Virus record (IMG/VR): IMGVR_UViG_3300020045_004267
Coordinates: 1-43,551 of that record
From: a virus
Lineage: Duplodnaviria; Caudoviricetes
Length of the DNA: 43,551 nt
Direction: 5' to 3' (one strand)
Shown here: positions 8,431 to 19,060 of the stretch, piece after piece
How positions within the stretch are numbered: the stretch's first letter is position 1
Layout of the letters: every line of letters starts with the position of its first letter
Translations under genes and position numbers: made by a program
The notes under the pieces: generated by a model
The model's database searches: none
What the model saw: the letters and a program-made list of their open reading frames with translations, nothing else
Told to the model about the DNA's origin: nothing

Positions 8431-9944
8431 GCAATGGTCTTCGTCGGCGCGACATGCGGCCCTATCAGCGGTGGGGCGTCGATCAGATTTATGACAATGA
8501 AACCACCATCCTTGCATGGGACATGGGGGCGGGTAAGTCGGTCACGGCCCTGACAGCGTTTGACGATCTGTTCGAGGACAAGGTTATCAAGAAGCTGCTG
8601 ATCGTCGCGCCGATGCTTGTGGCTCGGGCAACATACCCCGACGAATTTGAAGACTGGAAGCACCTATCGCATATGGATTGGACTCTGCTCAGGGTCGAAG
8701 ATGAGGATGATCGACTAATCAAATTCCGCAAGGAAGCGCTTGTGTTTGCCCGTAACGTGATCGGTCTGAGCAGCGCCGAAGCGACATCATGGGCCAACAA
8801 GCAGAAGACGAAAAAGAAGGAATGGTTGCGCAAGAAACTGGCCGACGACCGGGCTGAGATCCACATCATCAACCGGGAGTCTTTCGCTTGGCTTTGGCAC
8901 CATTTTGACGATGGTAAGCGGTGGCCCTATGACGCGATCATGTGGGATGAGGCTTCGGCATTCAAGAACGGCACCAAGCGCACGGCGAAGAAGGAACTCA
9001 GCCAATTCGGGGCAATGGCTAAGGCCCGGAAATTCTGCAAGCGCATTGTCCTGATGACCGGCACACCGTCGCCGAAAGGGCTGATGAACCTTTGGGGCTT
9101 GGCCTACATCGCCGACCTCGGGGATAGGCTCGGCACGAGCAAGATCAAGTTCAGGGATCGTTGGTTTGACAGCGATTACATGGGCTGGAATTACAGCCCC
9201 AAGGCCGGGGCACAGGAAGCGATCACAGACCGTCTTTCCGACATCATGTTCGCGCTTGACCCCAGCGATTATCCTGACATGCCCCCGCTGATCAACCGCA
9301 CTTTCCATGTCGATCTCTCGCGTCGGACCATGGAAAGGTACGAGGAATTTAAGAGGACTCTGGTCTCGGAAGCCTATGATGTTGAAGCGGTGAACAAAGG
9401 CGTTTTGGCCGGTAAACTGCTGCAATTCGCTAACGGCAGCATGTACAACGAGGATCGTCAGCCGGTCTGGATTCATGACGAAAAGCTGTTCGCGCTTGAG
9501 GAACTGATCGAGGAAGCTGACGGCGAAAACGTGATGGTGGCATACTCTTTCCGCTTCGACTTGGACCGGATTACGAAGCGTTTCCCGAAGGCTGTCATCT
9601 TCGGCAACGGCGATGTGCGCAAGACAAAAGCCGATTGGAACGCTGGCAAAATTCCCCTGATGCTGGTTCACCCGCAGTCGGTCGGCCACGGCCAGAATAT
9701 CCAGTTTGGCGGTCATATCAACATCTGGTATGGGCTTACCCCCGACCTTGAAACCTATCAGCAATTGAACAAGCGCTTGCACCGCCCAGGGCAGACACGC
9801 CCTGTCTCGAATCATCACATCATCGCTCGGGGTACATTCGATGACGACATGCTGCCGCGTTTGAAGGATCGGGATGCCACCCAGCAGAGCATCATGCGCG
9901 CCTTGCAGCTTGATATGATCGCATTTGGCGATAGATATGCCTGA
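8427..9944 (+). CDS. SNF2-family helicase
   Basis: RPYQ, DMGAGKS, WDEAS, MTGTP, GHGQNIQ, RLHRPGQ. Confidence 0.92.
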   Translation: MSNGLRRRDMRPYQRWGVDQIYDNETTILAWDMGAGKSVTALTAFDDLFEDKVIKKLLIVAPMLVARATYPDEFEDWKHLSHMDWTLLRVEDEDDRLIKFRKEALVFARNVIGLSSAEATSWANKQKTKKKEWLRKKLADDRAEIHIINRESFAWLWHHFDDGKRWPYDAIMWDEASAFKNGTKRTAKKELSQFGAMAKARKFCKRIVLMTGTPSPKGLMNLWGLAYIADLGDRLGTSKIKFRDRWFDSDYMGWNYSPKAGAQEAITDRLSDIMFALDPSDYPDMPPLINRTFHVDLSRRTMERYEEFKRTLVSEAYDVEAVNKGVLAGKLLQFANGSMYNEDRQPVWIHDEKLFALEELIEEADGENVMVAYSFRFDLDRITKRFPKAVIFGNGDVRKTKADWNAGKIPLMLVHPQSVGHGQNIQFGGHINIWYGLTPDLETYQQLNKRLHRPGQTRPVSNHHIIARGTFDDDMLPRLKDRDATQQSIMRALQLDMIAFGDRYA

Positions 9945-10035
9945 AAGTCAGCACTTGTCGGCATAAAGCATTTTTTGTCTTGTTATGTCTGCCAATGTCC
10001 ATAATGGTGCTTTGACCTAAGCCCGTGAGGATAAC

Positions 10036-10227
10036 GTGTCACTTTTGAAAATTGAGCAAGTGCTTGAGATGATCCCCGTCACAAGCCGCACCATCGACAG
10101 GTGGATTGAGGCGGGTGAGTTCCCCCGACCCATCAAGATCGGTCGCACCCGCATGTGGGAGTCTGCCGAAATTGACGTAGCCATCGGTCGCGCCCCGGCT
10201 GCAAAACGTAACGACGATCTGATCTGA
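10036..10227 (+). CDS. AlpA/excisionase-like HTH protein
   Basis: LLKIEQV...SRTIDRWIEAGEFPRPIKIG..W pattern; GAGGA RBS. Confidence 0.8.
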   Translation: MSLLKIEQVLEMIPVTSRTIDRWIEAGEFPRPIKIGRTRMWESAEIDVAIGRAPAAKRNDDLI

Positions 10228-10234
10228 GTTTGGA

Positions 10235-10987
10235 ATGACAAGACGAGATGATTCCGACCTGATTGGAGACGTGCCCGATCAGCCCGCTCGGCGCCGGGGC
10301 GGCAGACCCCGCAAGGACGATCTGACTGCCCCATCCAACCGGAAGAAGTTGGACCTGATCAGACTGGTGGAAAGACGCCGTGCCGCACAGCAGAACCGTG
10401 GGTCATATGGTGAGGTGATCCAGCCTGACGAGGATGACACCGACATGAACATCGGCACTGTCCTGACCGGCGTGTCGCCGACATGGCTTGCCCGTGCATT
10501 TGAAACGCCGCTGGCATTGGTTCAGAAGAAGATCAAAGGCGTTCGCCCGGCCGGTGTTGGTCGATCAGGCGGGGCGCTGTACTCTTTGAAGGACGTGGCT
10601 GGTCGGCTGGTCGATGTTGAGTTCGACCTGAAGCTGTTCCTCGCAAATGTCAAAGACGAAGACTTGCCTGAGTCCCTTCGTCTCAAATTCTGGCAAGCCC
10701 GCCGACAACGGCAGAAGGTTGAACTCGAAGACGGGGCGCTTTGGCGCACTGAAAAGGTTCTGGCCGTCTTCGGTGAGGTGCTGCTGTCGCTGCGGGAAAA
10801 AATACAGGCTTTGCCGGATCGGGTCGAACGCTTGACCGGCATGACGACCGAACAGTACCGGCTTTTCCGGGCCGGGACCGATGAAGTGATGGATGACCTT
10901 CAAGAGACGATCTTGCAGTTCGCCCAACATGATCAAACGCCGGTCGGAATGGATGACCAAGACGATGATGAGGACGATCTGATATGA
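10235..10987 (+). CDS. terS: Terminase small subunit (DUF1441-like)
   Basis: Directly upstream of and coupled (ATGA) to TerL; LPESLRLKFW, GALWRTEKV, LPDRVER. Confidence 0.8.
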   Translation: MTRRDDSDLIGDVPDQPARRRGGRPRKDDLTAPSNRKKLDLIRLVERRRAAQQNRGSYGEVIQPDEDDTDMNIGTVLTGVSPTWLARAFETPLALVQKKIKGVRPAGVGRSGGALYSLKDVAGRLVDVEFDLKLFLANVKDEDLPESLRLKFWQARRQRQKVELEDGALWRTEKVLAVFGEVLLSLREKIQALPDRVERLTGMTTEQYRLFRAGTDEVMDDLQETILQFAQHDQTPVGMDDQDDDEDDLI

Positions 10988-13116
10988 GCATGAATTTCCG
11001 GGTTTTCGGTGATCTTTTGAAGCTGCTCGCCAATTCGATCCGCGCGCCTGAACGGCTCACGGTATCCGAAGCTGCGGCCAAATACCGATACCTTCGGGAA
11101 GCGACTCATACCGGCTATTGGGACAACGACATCGCGCCCTATCTGACCGAAGTGATGGACACGATGGGTTCACTTGATCACACGGCAGTCGTTTTCGCCG
11201 GGCCCGCTCGTTGTGGCAAGTCAGATATTTTCTTCAACTATCTGACCTATTGCGAGATCTGTGATCCGGGCGACATTATGATGATCCACATGACGCAAAG
11301 CAGCGCGCGTGACTGGTCTCAGGGTGATCTTCGCAAGGCGTTCAGGCACTCAAAGGCACTCGGCACTCGGGTCGCGCCGGGTAAGCAGAGCATGAACACC
11401 CATGACATTCGGTTCATCAGCGGTATGCGGCTGCTGGTGAAATGGCCGACGATCACCGAATTGTCGAGTAAGACTCTGCGGCGTGGATGGGCGAACGACC
11501 TTGACCGGATGCCGCTTGATGTTGACAAGGAAGGTCCGGTGTTTGATCTTCTGCGCAAGCGGACTCAGACAGCCGGTCGCAATGGCATGACGGTGGCCGA
11601 ATCCTCACCTGGCTACGAGGTGAAAAACCATCGCTGGATGCCGTCGACTCTGCATGAAGCGCCGCCGACCGAAGGCATTCTTTCGGTCTATAACCGGGGC
11701 GACAAGCGGCGTTGGTACTGGCGTTGCGCGCAATGTGATGATCCATTCGAGGGTGATTTCAAACACCTGAGTTGGTCGAAAACGGGGCCGGATGGGGAAG
11801 CGCTCAATAACGCAGAGCAGGCGACGAGCGCGGTGCTGGTTTGTCCATCTTGCGGCTTCCCGCACACTCACGACCCTGACCCAAAAGCATACCCCACCCC
11901 GCAGCCCGGTAAGGTCGGCCTCAATTTGGGCGGCAAGTGGTTGGCTGACGGCCAGCGTTGGCTTGATGATGGATCGGTGACGGGCAAGACCAACGGCAGC
12001 ATGATCGGGTCGTTCTGGCTCAAGGGCGTGTCGGCAGCTTTCGTGTCCTGGAAGGACTTGGTTCTCAAATACCTTGATGCCATGGAAACCTACGACAAGA
12101 CTGGTGACGCGGGGCCGCTCAAAGCCACGGTCAACACCGATCAAGGACACCCGTTCACCCCGCCGAAACTGATGGCTGATCGCACTCCTGACGAATTGAA
12201 AGTCCGCGCTGCTGGCAATGTGTGGGGCACCCCGGAAGACCCTGCTGTACCGGACGGCGTTCGCTATCTGACAGCCATGATCGACGTTCAGAAGGGTAGC
12301 TTTCAGGTGCAAGTGCATGGTCACGGGTTACATGGTGATCGCTATGTCATTGACCGCTTCTCGATCAGAAAATCAGAACGCCTTGACGGCGACGGTGAGC
12401 GTTGGCCGTTGCGGCCGGGCGCGTATGAGGAAGATTGGCACTTGCTGATCGACGGTGTGATTGAGAAGACCTATCCGCTGATCGACGGCAGCGGGCGTCG
12501 AATGAAGATCAAGGCTACCGGCTGCGACTCGGGCGGCTATGAAGGCACGACTGTCAACGCCTATGCCTTCTGGCGCTATCTTCGGGATGAGCATATGGGG
12601 CAGCATCACACGCGCTTTCAATTGCTGAAAGGTGATCCGAACCTCAACGCGCCCCGATACAAGATCTCGTACCCAGACAGTGACCGGAAAGACCGGCGCG
12701 CGGGTGCCCGTGGTGAAGTGCCGATCCTGATGTTGAACGTCAATCAGTTGAAGGACCACCTTGACGGCTTGCTTGAGCGTCAGGAAAAACCGGGCACGAT
12801 CCATTTCAGCAAGCATTTGCAGGATTGGTTCTTCTCGGAACTGACGGTTGAGGTCAAGGTTGCAAACAAGGGCTGGGAAAACCCGAAGAAGCTGCGCAAC
12901 GAGGCATGGGATTTGCTTGTCTATGACTTGGGCATCTGTCTTTTCCCTCGGATGATCGGTGAGGAAAGCCTGAAACCTGACGCGATGCCCGCTTGGGCCG
13001 AAGAATGGGACGACAACGATCTGGTTTTCATGCCCCAGGATGATGTCAAACCCTTTGAGGTGCGGGAACAGGATGACGAGGTTGACATCACCGCACTTGC
13101 AAAGAGGCATGGCTGA
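10984..13116 (+). CDS. terL: Terminase large subunit, lambda gpA family
   Basis: GPARCGKS Walker A, ESSPG, WYWRCAQC zinc motif, IDVQ, DSGG, RNEAWDL. Confidence 0.95.
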   Translation: MSMNFRVFGDLLKLLANSIRAPERLTVSEAAAKYRYLREATHTGYWDNDIAPYLTEVMDTMGSLDHTAVVFAGPARCGKSDIFFNYLTYCEICDPGDIMMIHMTQSSARDWSQGDLRKAFRHSKALGTRVAPGKQSMNTHDIRFISGMRLLVKWPTITELSSKTLRRGWANDLDRMPLDVDKEGPVFDLLRKRTQTAGRNGMTVAESSPGYEVKNHRWMPSTLHEAPPTEGILSVYNRGDKRRWYWRCAQCDDPFEGDFKHLSWSKTGPDGEALNNAEQATSAVLVCPSCGFPHTHDPDPKAYPTPQPGKVGLNLGGKWLADGQRWLDDGSVTGKTNGSMIGSFWLKGVSAAFVSWKDLVLKYLDAMETYDKTGDAGPLKATVNTDQGHPFTPPKLMADRTPDELKVRAAGNVWGTPEDPAVPDGVRYLTAMIDVQKGSFQVQVHGHGLHGDRYVIDRFSIRKSERLDGDGERWPLRPGAYEEDWHLLIDGVIEKTYPLIDGSGRRMKIKATGCDSGGYEGTTVNAYAFWRYLRDEHMGQHHTRFQLLKGDPNLNAPRYKISYPDSDRKDRRAGARGEVPILMLNVNQLKDHLDGLLERQEKPGTIHFSKHLQDWFFSELTVEVKVANKGWENPKKLRNEAWDLLVYDLGICLFPRMIGEESLKPDAMPAWAEEWDDNDLVFMPQDDVKPFEVREQDDEVDITALAKRHG

Positions 13117-13193
13117 CTGTCCATTTTCGAATTGCTGGATCACCTAGACCGTGATACCTCCTTTGAAGCACAACCCTCGCAGCAGGTTCTATC

Positions 13194-13412
13194 TTGGCAA
13201 CCATTGAAGAACTTCAGGGCTATTTGAGAGAAGCGGAAGCCGCTCGTCATAAGGTGGCGATTGGCAAATCCGTGATCTTGATACGAGATCAGAATGGTGA
13301 GCAGGTTCAGTTCAGGCCGACCTCGATGCGAGAACTCGTCGCGTACATTGACGAATTGCGAGCAGCGCTTGGCATTCGTTGTTCCAAAGGTCCGATGAGG
13401 ATGATTTTCTGA
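13194..13412 (+). CDS. Head-tail joining protein, gpW-like
   Basis: Small gene between TerL and portal; DQNGEQVQF...LVAYIDEL. Confidence 0.8.
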   Translation: MATIEELQGYLREAEAARHKVAIGKSVILIRDQNGEQVQFRPTSMRELVAYIDELRAALGIRCSKGPMRMIF

Positions 13413-15133
13413 TGTCTTTCCTGTCCAGAGATCCAGAGATGCAAGAGTTGATCGGGATGCCTTCGGGTGCCCCGGCAATCCCGCCCGCGTCTATCGGAGT
13501 TCTCCCCGGTGGCGCGGGCGGTGAAAAGGCTATCATCGGCGAGCCTTATGAGGCTGCAAGCCGGTTTGACCGTGAAGTGGCGATGTGGACTCCATCTGCC
13601 CGGTCGGCTGATGGCGACATCACACCCAACAAGTTTTTGCTTGACGCTCGTGTGCGCGACCTCGTTCGCAATGACGGATATACCGCATCTGGCTCTGAGA
13701 TCCGCAAGGACAACATTGTCGGCGATATGTTCCTCTTGAACGCCAAGCCGAATGCCAAAGTTCTCGGTCTGGATGAGGTTTGGGAACAGGAATTTCAGGA
13801 AGAAGTCGAAGCCAAGTTCACGCTATGGGCTGAGAGTCCGAACAACTGGGTCGATGCACAGCGCGTCAACACTCTGACCTCGCTGGTGCGCTTGGCAATC
13901 GCCTTGTACACCACGACCGGCGAAGTCCTTGCTTCCGCCGAATGGATCAAAGGTTTTGACCGGCCTTTCTCGACGGCCATTCAGATGATCGACTCGGATC
14001 GTCTCAGCACACCCATGTACAAGCGCGACGGTCAGTCGATGCGAATGGGTGTTGAGCGTGACCTGTATGGTGCGCCCATCGCCTATAATATCCGCGTGGC
14101 GCACCCGCATGACTTCGCATCCAACTCTTTCCAATGGCGTCGGGTGCCGACACGGACTCGTTGGGGCCGTCAACAGGTCATCCACATCTTTGAGCAGCAG
14201 CGGCCCGACCAATCGCGCGGTGTTGCTGCCATGGCGGCAGGTCTCAAAGAAGCCCGGATCACCAAGAAGTTTCGGGACACAGTTCTGCAAAACGCCGTGG
14301 TCAACGCGACCTATGCTGCCACCATCGAGTCTGATCTGCCGTCAGAAGTGATCTTCAACGCACTCGGGGCCGGTCAGGTTGATCAAGGCGCTGTGCGCAA
14401 GGCAATCGCGGGCTATGCTGGCAGCTACATGGGCGTCAATGAGCAGTTCATCAACGCATCTGACTCGCTGACCATCGACGGGGTACGCATCCCGCACCTT
14501 ATCCCCGGATCGAAGCTGCACATGCAGCCTGCATCCAGCGGCGGGCCGCTCGGCAATGAGTTTGAGGCATCGCTTCTGCGATACATCGCTTCGATTCTCA
14601 ACGTCAGTTATGAGCAGCTTTCCAAGGACTACACCAAGACGAACTATTCGTCGGCGCGGGCATCTTTGAACGAGTCCAACAAGTCGATGCGCGCCATCAA
14701 GCGCAACGTGGCCGACCGCTTTGCATCGCACATTTACATGCTGTGGCTTGAGGAAGCGATTGCTCGCAACGAGATCACGGCGATGCCCCGCAATGCGCCG
14801 AATTTTTGGTCCGGTTTGAATCGTGAGGCTTACACCTCTTGCGACTGGATCGGCGCATCTCGTGGTCAGATTGACGAATTGAAAGAGACTCAGGCTGCGG
14901 TATTGCGCTTGAAGTACAACCTGACATCCTATGAGGATGAAGTTTCTCGTCTTGGTCGGGATTATCGCAAAGTCTTCACTCAGATCTCCCGTGAAAAGGC
15001 GCTGATGACTGATTTGAAGATCGAGGTTGATACCGGCGACGACAACATGATGAATGCTGCTACCGGCGCACCCCGTGAAAAAGAAGCGCGGGATGAAAAG
15101 GAAGACGGCTCAGAGGATAATACCGATGCTTGA
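13412..15133 (+). CDS. Portal protein, lambda family
   Basis: RDLVRND, RPDQSRG, SYEQLSKDY..NYSSAR, IDELKE. Confidence 0.95.
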   Translation: MSFLSRDPEMQELIGMPSGAPAIPPASIGVLPGGAGGEKAIIGEPYEAASRFDREVAMWTPSARSADGDITPNKFLLDARVRDLVRNDGYTASGSEIRKDNIVGDMFLLNAKPNAKVLGLDEVWEQEFQEEVEAKFTLWAESPNNWVDAQRVNTLTSLVRLAIALYTTTGEVLASAEWIKGFDRPFSTAIQMIDSDRLSTPMYKRDGQSMRMGVERDLYGAPIAYNIRVAHPHDFASNSFQWRRVPTRTRWGRQQVIHIFEQQRPDQSRGVAAMAAGLKEARITKKFRDTVLQNAVVNATYAATIESDLPSEVIFNALGAGQVDQGAVRKAIAGYAGSYMGVNEQFINASDSLTIDGVRIPHLIPGSKLHMQPASSGGPLGNEFEASLLRYIASILNVSYEQLSKDYTKTNYSSARASLNESNKSMRAIKRNVADRFASHIYMLWLEEAIARNEITAMPRNAPNFWSGLNREAYTSCDWIGASRGQIDELKETQAAVLRLKYNLTSYEDEVSRLGRDYRKVFTQISREKALMTDLKIEVDTGDDNMMNAATGAPREKEARDEKEDGSEDNTDA

Positions 15134-16391
15134 TCTGATCCGCGCCCGCTTCAAAGAGAATGCTGTTCTGGTATCGCCGGGGCACAGTGGCAGCTTTGAA
15201 GGCTGCATGTCTGCATTGGCGAAGCTGCCTGAATTGAATCAGATGCTTGCGGCGAATGCAAACGGTGATGACTTCTGGCCGCAGCCTGGTGATTGGCGCG
15301 CAGCTTATCGCCCCTATCTGGTCAAGGATGGCATCCTCACCATCCCGGTCAAAGGTGTGCTGCTGCACGATTTTCTCTGGCAAGCGTCGTCATATGCGAC
15401 CGGCTACAAGTACATCGAGAAAGCGCTTGAGCGTGGCCTTTCTGACGGATCGGTGCGCGGCATCATCCTGCATTTGCACACCCCGGGGGGCGATGTTGCG
15501 GGCTGCTTTGAGTTGGTTGACAAAATCTATGCCGCTCGCAAACTGAAACCGATCCGCGCATTCGCACATGAGGCCGCGTATTCGGCTGGTTATGCAATCG
15601 CATCTGCTGCTGGCAAGATCGTGGTCAGCCGCACAGGTGGAGTCGGTTCAATCGGTGTGGTGACAGCCCACGTCGATATGTCGAAGATGCTGGAAGACGC
15701 TGGTTACAAGATCACGTTCGTTCATTTTGGTGAGCATAAGGTTGACGGCAATGCCTATACACCGTTGCCCGATGCCGTGAAACAGCGTATGCAAACCCGG
15801 ATTGACAATTTGGGTGAAATTTTCGTTGCCTCTGTGGCACGAAATCGTCAGATGGATGTGCAAGCGGTCAAAGACACCGAAGCGCTTACTTATTCGGCTG
15901 ACGAGGCTCTGTCGATTGGGCTGGCCGACTCTATTGGCCCTATGGATGACGCCTTGGCCGAATTTTCGGCTGACCTTTCAAACACCGAAGGAGAAGAACA
16001 AATGGCCGATTTTACCCAGGCCCAGCATGACGAAGCCGTCGCCGCCGCAACCGCTGCTGCAACCGCTACGGCAACCGCTACGGCTCTGAAAGCTGGCGCC
16101 GAAGGCGAACGTGCGCGCGTGAATGCGATCCTGACCTGTGACGCTGCCAAGAAGCGCCCCAAGGCCGCGCTGTCTGCTGTCAAAGCGGGCATGACCGTCG
16201 AACAGGCGACCGAGTTCCTTGCCGATCTGGATGAGGAAAAGGCACCTGCCGCGACCAACAACACGCAGCAGAACTTCGACAATGCGATGACCGAGAATGC
16301 GCCGGGCATCACCGCAGGCGATGAAGGTGCCAAACCTTCCCGTGCATCTGCGACTCTGTCCGCAATGGGTCTTGAAAAGAAAAAGACCTGA
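15126..16391 (+). CDS. S49 family prohead protease with C-terminal scaffold region
   Basis: TPGGDV, AYSAGYAIASAA, GSIGVV; Ala-rich tail with ERARVNAIL. Confidence 0.92.
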   Translation: MLDLIRARFKENAVLVSPGHSGSFEGCMSALAKLPELNQMLAANANGDDFWPQPGDWRAAYRPYLVKDGILTIPVKGVLLHDFLWQASSYATGYKYIEKALERGLSDGSVRGIILHLHTPGGDVAGCFELVDKIYAARKLKPIRAFAHEAAYSAGYAIASAAGKIVVSRTGGVGSIGVVTAHVDMSKMLEDAGYKITFVHFGEHKVDGNAYTPLPDAVKQRMQTRIDNLGEIFVASVARNRQMDVQAVKDTEALTYSADEALSIGLADSIGPMDDALAEFSADLSNTEGEEQMADFTQAQHDEAVAAATAAATATATATALKAGAEGERARVNAILTCDAAKKRPKAALSAVKAGMTVEQATEFLADLDEEKAPAATNNTQQNFDNAMTENAPGITAGDEGAKPSRASATLSAMGLEKKKT

Positions 16392-16417
16392 AACCTGAAA
16401 CCTGAAAGGAAGGTCAC

Positions 16418-16843
16418 ATGACTATCACGATCCCGAACCAGGAAGCGAACATCGGCATCCCGACCCACACCACGGAAGACGTGACTGCTGGTCTGCAAGC
16501 CCTGTTCCTGTCCTCGCATCCCGATCCGCTGACCATCGACTATGAAGTCGCTGCTTCGCAGACCCTGGCCGCGTTCAGCGTTGTCGGCTTTGATGCCAGC
16601 AAGCGTTTGATCCCTGCCGTGCTGGGAACCACCGCAGCCATCGGCATCCTGGCACACGCTGTCACCAGCCCTTCCGGCACGGCTTATGTCGGTGCCAAGG
16701 TCTATCGCGGCGGTCACTTCAACCACAACCGCATCGTTTGGCCCGCGACCTACGACACCGACGCCAAGAAGATCATGGCATTCGAAGGTGCCCCGACGCC
16801 GACCAACATTCGCATCGGCGAACCGAAAACGTACACTCCCTGA
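16418..16843 (+). CDS. Head decoration protein (gpD-like)
   Basis: Between protease and capsid; AIGILA, VYRGGHFN...W. Confidence 0.85.
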   Translation: MTITIPNQEANIGIPTHTTEDVTAGLQALFLSSHPDPLTIDYEVAASQTLAAFSVVGFDASKRLIPAVLGTTAAIGILAHAVTSPSGTAYVGAKVYRGGHFNHNRIVWPATYDTDAKKIMAFEGAPTPTNIRIGEPKTYTP

Positions 16844-16884
16844 TCTCAGGGGCTGTATAACGAACGGGTCAACCTGAAAGGAAC

Positions 16885-17997
16885 ATGACCATGGCTCTGG
16901 AACTCTGGTCTCAGCGAGACCTCATTGAAATTCGCCGGGATATGCGGCTTGAGAATCCCAGCGACTTCTTTCGTCGCCGGTTCTTCAGCGGTGCGCCGTA
17001 CTTCTCGCGCAACAAGGAAATCGCCTTCGGTCTGATCGAGGGCACCCGCGCAATGGCACCCTTCGCGCTGCCGTCCTCGATGGGTAAACCCATTATGAAG
17101 ACGCGCGGCGGCAAGCTGGACACCTTCACCCCGGCCTATATCAAGCTGCTTGATGCCGTTCGCCCCGAAGACAGTGTGACGGTCACTGTTGAGGAAATGA
17201 TGAACGGTATGCAGATCAGCATGGATGAGCGCTTTGACCTGCGCACCGCTGAGATCAGCCGCACTCACTTGCAGTCGATCTATCGCACCTATGACTATAT
17301 GTGCGCCAAGGCGATCATCGACGGTCAGGTGACGGTGAAATACCATCCTGATCAGGGCCAGCCCTATCCCAGCGTGACGATCTCGTTCGGTCGTGACTCT
17401 GACCATACCGTTGCCTTTGGTGGCGGCGTGGATTGGGAAGACCCTCTGGCAGACATCTTCTCTGACGTTCAGGACTTCGTTGACACCGCTCGCGCTTCGC
17501 AGTTCGGCGGCAACCTGAACCAGATGTTTGTCGGTGCCAAGGTTGCGCCGTTGTTCGCAAAGAATGCCAGCATTGTCGAGAAACTGGACACCCAGATTCG
17601 CGGCGGGGAAGGCACCAGCTTTACGCGCGGCTTGCAGTTCTACAGCGAGAACAAGAACGATCCGACCTATCTCGGAACGCTTGGTGGCGCTGGCGGGGCC
17701 ATTGAGGTCTATGCGTATTCCGATCAGCAGATGGATGACGATGGCAACCTGATCGAAATGCTGGAACCCGAAGACATCCTGCTGACGGCGCCAGGTGTTG
17801 ACGGTCTGATGGCCTTCGGCGCGATCTATGATCTTGACGCCATGGGTTCGGGCAACGGTGCTGCGACTGACATCTTCCAGAAGCAGTATTCGATCCCCAA
17901 CCCCTCGCAGTTGAACATGCTGTCGCAGTCGGCCCCGCTTCCGATTCCTCGGAATCCGAACCGGACCTTCAAAGCGACGGTCGTTGAGCCGGTTTAA
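16885..17997 (+). CDS. Major capsid protein, lambda gpE family
   Basis: MAPF, FTPAYIK, ISFGRD, SQSAPLPIP; position and size. Confidence 0.93.
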   Translation: MTMALELWSQRDLIEIRRDMRLENPSDFFRRRFFSGAPYFSRNKEIAFGLIEGTRAMAPFALPSSMGKPIMKTRGGKLDTFTPAYIKLLDAVRPEDSVTVTVEEMMNGMQISMDERFDLRTAEISRTHLQSIYRTYDYMCAKAIIDGQVTVKYHPDQGQPYPSVTISFGRDSDHTVAFGGGVDWEDPLADIFSDVQDFVDTARASQFGGNLNQMFVGAKVAPLFAKNASIVEKLDTQIRGGEGTSFTRGLQFYSENKNDPTYLGTLGGAGGAIEVYAYSDQQMDDDGNLIEMLEPEDILLTAPGVDGLMAFGAIYDLDAMGSGNGAATDIFQKQYSIPNPSQLNMLSQSAPLPIPRNPNRTFKATVVEPV

Positions 17998-18017
17998 CCC
18001 GGCTTGACTTGACTTAG

Positions 18018-18045
18018 GCCCGGTGGAGAGATCTGCCGGGCTTCA
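18018..18045 (+). terminator. Hairpin after capsid gene
   Basis: GCCCGGTGGA-GAGA-TCTGCCGGGC followed by TTC (weak U tract). Confidence 0.5.
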
Positions 18046-18069
18046 TCGAAACCAATGGAGAACATTGAT

Positions 18070-18417
18070 ATGGCCTATAAATCTGTCATTTCCCTGAAAT
18101 TCAAATCTGCCGATGGCAAGAAGATCAGCGTGAAATCCGGCAAGATCATCACCGTAACCATGCCTGACGACCTCGTGTCGAAGTGGCTGGACAAGGGTTT
18201 CATCGTCAAGGCGAGTGTTGGCGAAGTGGCCGAAGCCGTTGCAAGCGGCGCTGTCGAACCTTCCGTTCTTGGTGGCACCACCGACGAGAAGCTGTCCAGC
18301 AAGGCCGCAGCCAAAGGCCCGAAGGTTGGCAAGACCAAGGCGGCTGAACCGGCAAAGACCGAACCTGCTGCCGATACGACCAAATCCGAAGGCGGCGCTG
18401 ACGACGACTTGGCCTGA
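18070..18417 (+). CDS. Hypothetical protein (Lys/Ala-rich tail ending DDDLA)
   Basis: GGAG RBS; post-capsid position. Confidence 0.75.
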   Translation: MAYKSVISLKFKSADGKKISVKSGKIITVTMPDDLVSKWLDKGFIVKASVGEVAEAVASGAVEPSVLGGTTDEKLSSKAAAKGPKVGKTKAAEPAKTEPAADTTKSEGGADDDLA

Positions 18418-18428
18418 AAGGAAAGACC

Positions 18429-18683
18429 TTGAAAGAGTACATCGTAAAACGGCCCTTGGAAGCCTTTGACGTGAAAAAGGAAGCGCGGGTTCTTGTTCGC
18501 AAGTCCCAGACTGTCTTCCTGAATGCGGGCGACAAGTCCACCAAGAAGCTGCTGCAATCGGGTCTGATTGTGGGCGCGCAAGTGGATGTTGAAATCGCTG
18601 TGTCTAAGGCTGTCAGCAAGGCCAAGTCGTCGTTGATTGAAACGCCCGACATGCCCGATCACATCGGGTCTTATGGCGAGTAA
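18429..18683 (+). CDS. Hypothetical protein
   Basis: AAGGA RBS, TTG start, TAATG overlap with next gene. Confidence 0.6.
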   Translation: MKEYIVKRPLEAFDVKKEARVLVRKSQTVFLNAGDKSTKKLLQSGLIVGAQVDVEIAVSKAVSKAKSSLIETPDMPDHIGSYGE

Positions 18684-19060
18684 TGGCAGGCTTTCACGAT
18701 GATATGCGTGAAGCGCGGGCGGTGCTGCATGACTATATGTCACGGCCCGCGCTTTGCTTTTTCGATCCCGCCGAACTGAATCCCCGACAGGTAACGGTAA
18801 GGGTGCATGAAAAATGGATGGCCCTTGGCGATCTGAAAGGCACCAATTTCAACTATGCTGAAATCGAAGACGTGACGCCGCGCATCATTTTTTGGCGCAG
18901 CATGATCGAACCTGTTGACAAGATGTTTGTATCCATCGCGCGCGGGATCGCATTCCAAATCGACACCGTTCAACCGCCTGATGACGTGACGATCACCGCA
19001 TTTGCATCTCGTGTGCCGCTCGCCAAGTGCCGCAATTTCAGGCTTCCGGTGACGCTGTGA
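18683..19060 (+). CDS. Head-tail joining/closure protein
   Basis: Position; ARAVLHDYM...VTVRVH...GDL...PRIIF. Confidence 0.7.
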   Translation: MAGFHDDMREARAVLHDYMSRPALCFFDPAELNPRQVTVRVHEKWMALGDLKGTNFNYAEIEDVTPRIIFWRSMIEPVDKMFVSIARGIAFQIDTVQPPDDVTITAFASRVPLAKCRNFRLPVTL

